In this document: in pieces, positions 55,950 to 57,153 of the stretch | Position numbering within the stretch: position 1 is the first letter of the stretch | Layout: each line of letters opens with the position of its first letter | DNA from: Bacteroidales bacterium | GTDB taxonomy: Bacteria > Bacteroidota > Bacteroidia > Bacteroidales > JAHJDW01 | Direction of reading: 5' to 3' | Length of the DNA: 57,153 nucleotides | NCBI GenBank assembly: GCA_029004185.1 | Contig: JAQUPB010000003.1 | Span: 1-57,153, forward strand | Notes under the pieces: generated by a model | Database searches by the model: none | Told to the model about the DNA's origin: nothing | What the model saw: the letters and a program-made list of their open reading frames with translations, nothing else | Translations under genes and position numbers: made by a program

Positions 55950-56297
55950 TTAAAAACCCAAGTATGCTTTTAACTCGTCTATTTCAGCATTAATTTGAGT
56001 ACACTTACCAGCATAATCGCTTTTTAAATCCAATTTTAAATGCCTTGCTATTATTCCCGGAATCTCAGAAGCAGCAAGACCAAAAATGTACTTTTCGTTA
56101 TTATATCCGCGTAATGGTTTACGCACTGTTGGATCACACTCGTACCTTCTAATGTAATCTTTTGCATTTAATCCAAACGGAGATAAAAAACCCTGAGCAC
56201 CTTCTTCAGAGAAAACGCCCCGAGCATAATCTGGCAATACGTCAAAAACATCTTTTTGTGCTTCAATGTTCTCTTTTGTTTGTGTTGTGTTTTTCAT
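55950..56297 (-). CDS. hypothetical protein
   Basis: 115-aa ORF followed by the terminator hairpin. Confidence 0.5.
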   Translation of the reverse strand: MKNTTQTKENIEAQKDVFDVLPDYARGVFSEEGAQGFLSPFGLNAKDYIRRYECDPTVRKPLRGYNNEKYIFGLAASEIPGIIARHLKLDLKSDYAGKCTQINAEIDELKAYLGF

Positions 56298-56561
56298 GGT
56301 AAATCCTTTCTTTTTTTAGTTAATATTTATTTTTTGTTTTAGTTTTTAATAATGATATTTAATACATTGTTGTAATAATTTTCCTTTTTATTGTTCTGTT
56401 AAAGTTGGTCTGCATTCTGCAAATACTTATTTTTACTATTGAAACCTTACGGGGCGTGGATTTTATTTAAAAGCAACCTATCTGCGCTCGGTTCTGCGGT
56501 CGCAGATGCGGCCGTAGAACATATTGTGCCTTTATGGTTTTCCTGTCTTTTCATATCCCAT

Positions 56562-56801
56562 TCAGAATTGCAAGGAGCAGGGATTAATATTATTTTTTGC
56601 TTGTTCTTGTTCTTGTTTTTGCTTTTTCATTTGCATATATGCTTCATATCCCATTGAAAATGCTTCTTTCGCTTCTTTTAGCGTTTGAAAGCCTTCGCAT
56701 CTTGATTCTGAAATACCATCAACATTGGGCTTGCATTCAGCCCATGAAGTATAAATACCCGGGGTTACGCCTGCCCATACTGTGTAAAAATTTTTCTTCA
56801 T
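56562..56801 (-). CDS. RNase H1 N-terminal (Cauli_VI/viroplasmin-type) domain protein
   Basis: FYTVWAGVTPGIYTSWAECKPNVDG......GFQTLKEAKEAF matches the FYaV..G..pGIy.sW.ec...v.G....yk.F.t..eA..f pattern. Confidence 0.7.
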   Translation of the reverse strand: MKKNFYTVWAGVTPGIYTSWAECKPNVDGISESRCEGFQTLKEAKEAFSMGYEAYMQMKKQKQEQEQAKNNINPCSLQF

Positions 56802-56814
56802 AATTATTTTGTTT

Positions 56815-57153
56815 TTAAAATTTGTTACTACGATAATTTTCTCTGAGAGTAAAATAAATTACTTTATTCCCACTAGCCTCTGTGTTGGACTGTGAAAAAC
56901 TGCCCATTTTTCTGTCCACCAATTCTCCGAGAAGAGCCATAGCATCGGGCGCCGTTTTGCAAGCGGCAACTTTGTTAGTATAAAATTGTCGAACCGTAAC
57001 TTGACCGCCTTTCTTGCGTATCCACTCAACTGCCTTTATAACCGACTTATCGCTGCTGCTGCTATTCATACTGTCGTAGGTTTTCCGTGCATGAGATTTA
57101 AAATAGTCGACCAGCTTAATTGCACTCTCAACGCTTTCAGGGCTAATTTCAGT
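56815..57153 (-). CDS. hypothetical protein, 5'-truncated at the window edge
   Basis: The reading frame of the 84-aa ORF stays open upstream of its Met to the window end (…TEISPESVESAIKLVDYFKSHARKTYDSMNSS…). It may be the C-terminus of a larger mobile-element protein. Confidence 0.5.
   Translation of the reverse strand, partial: TEISPESVESAIKLVDYFKSHARKTYDSMNSSSSDKSVIKAVEWIRKKGGQVTVRQFYTNKVAACKTAPDAMALLGELVDRKMGSFSQSNTEASGNKVIYFTLRENYRSNKF

Overview
57-kb window from a low-GC Bacteroidota-type genome: many proteins end in a T9SS C-terminal sorting domain and there is a Bacteroidetes-style tyrosine integrase. The backbone appears to be T9SS-secreted cargo genes. These are three tandem paralogous hydrolases (3.5-13.4 kb), a BNR/Ycf48-like protein (24.5-26.5 kb), and four more cargo genes including a 2600-aa S8-peptidase giant (41.4-52.8 kb). 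Between them lie visibly AT-richer accessory segments. Segment 1 (about 13.6-24.4 kb) opens with an excisionase-like gene and an integrase. It carries a GIY-YIG nuclease, a PP-loop ATPase, a PIN-like protein, a J-domain/LRAT pair, a Zn-ribbon/AAA+ ATPase module and a WG-repeat protein. Segment 2 (about 26.5-40.6 kb) is a defence island. It holds a four-gene short-Argonaute operon (DUF4062-APAZ, catalytically dead short pAgo, membrane-anchored PD-(D/E)xK-like protein, SIR2-like protein). It also holds an InsA-like Zn-ribbon/HTH gene, a type II R-M pair, and a ubiquitin-like conjugation operon (multiubiquitin, E1, DUF6527-like) placed divergently from an ECF-sigma / small protein / ImmA-peptidase module, plus an ICMT-family methyltransferase. 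Four clear same-orientation copies of a roughly 45-nt core repeat, and one degenerate copy next to the integrase, partition this island into cassettes. The right end (53.5-57.2 kb) looks like the edge of another mobile element. I recognised no rRNA, tRNA or CRISPR array by eye. All domain calls come from motif recognition by eye and memory. No searches were run.
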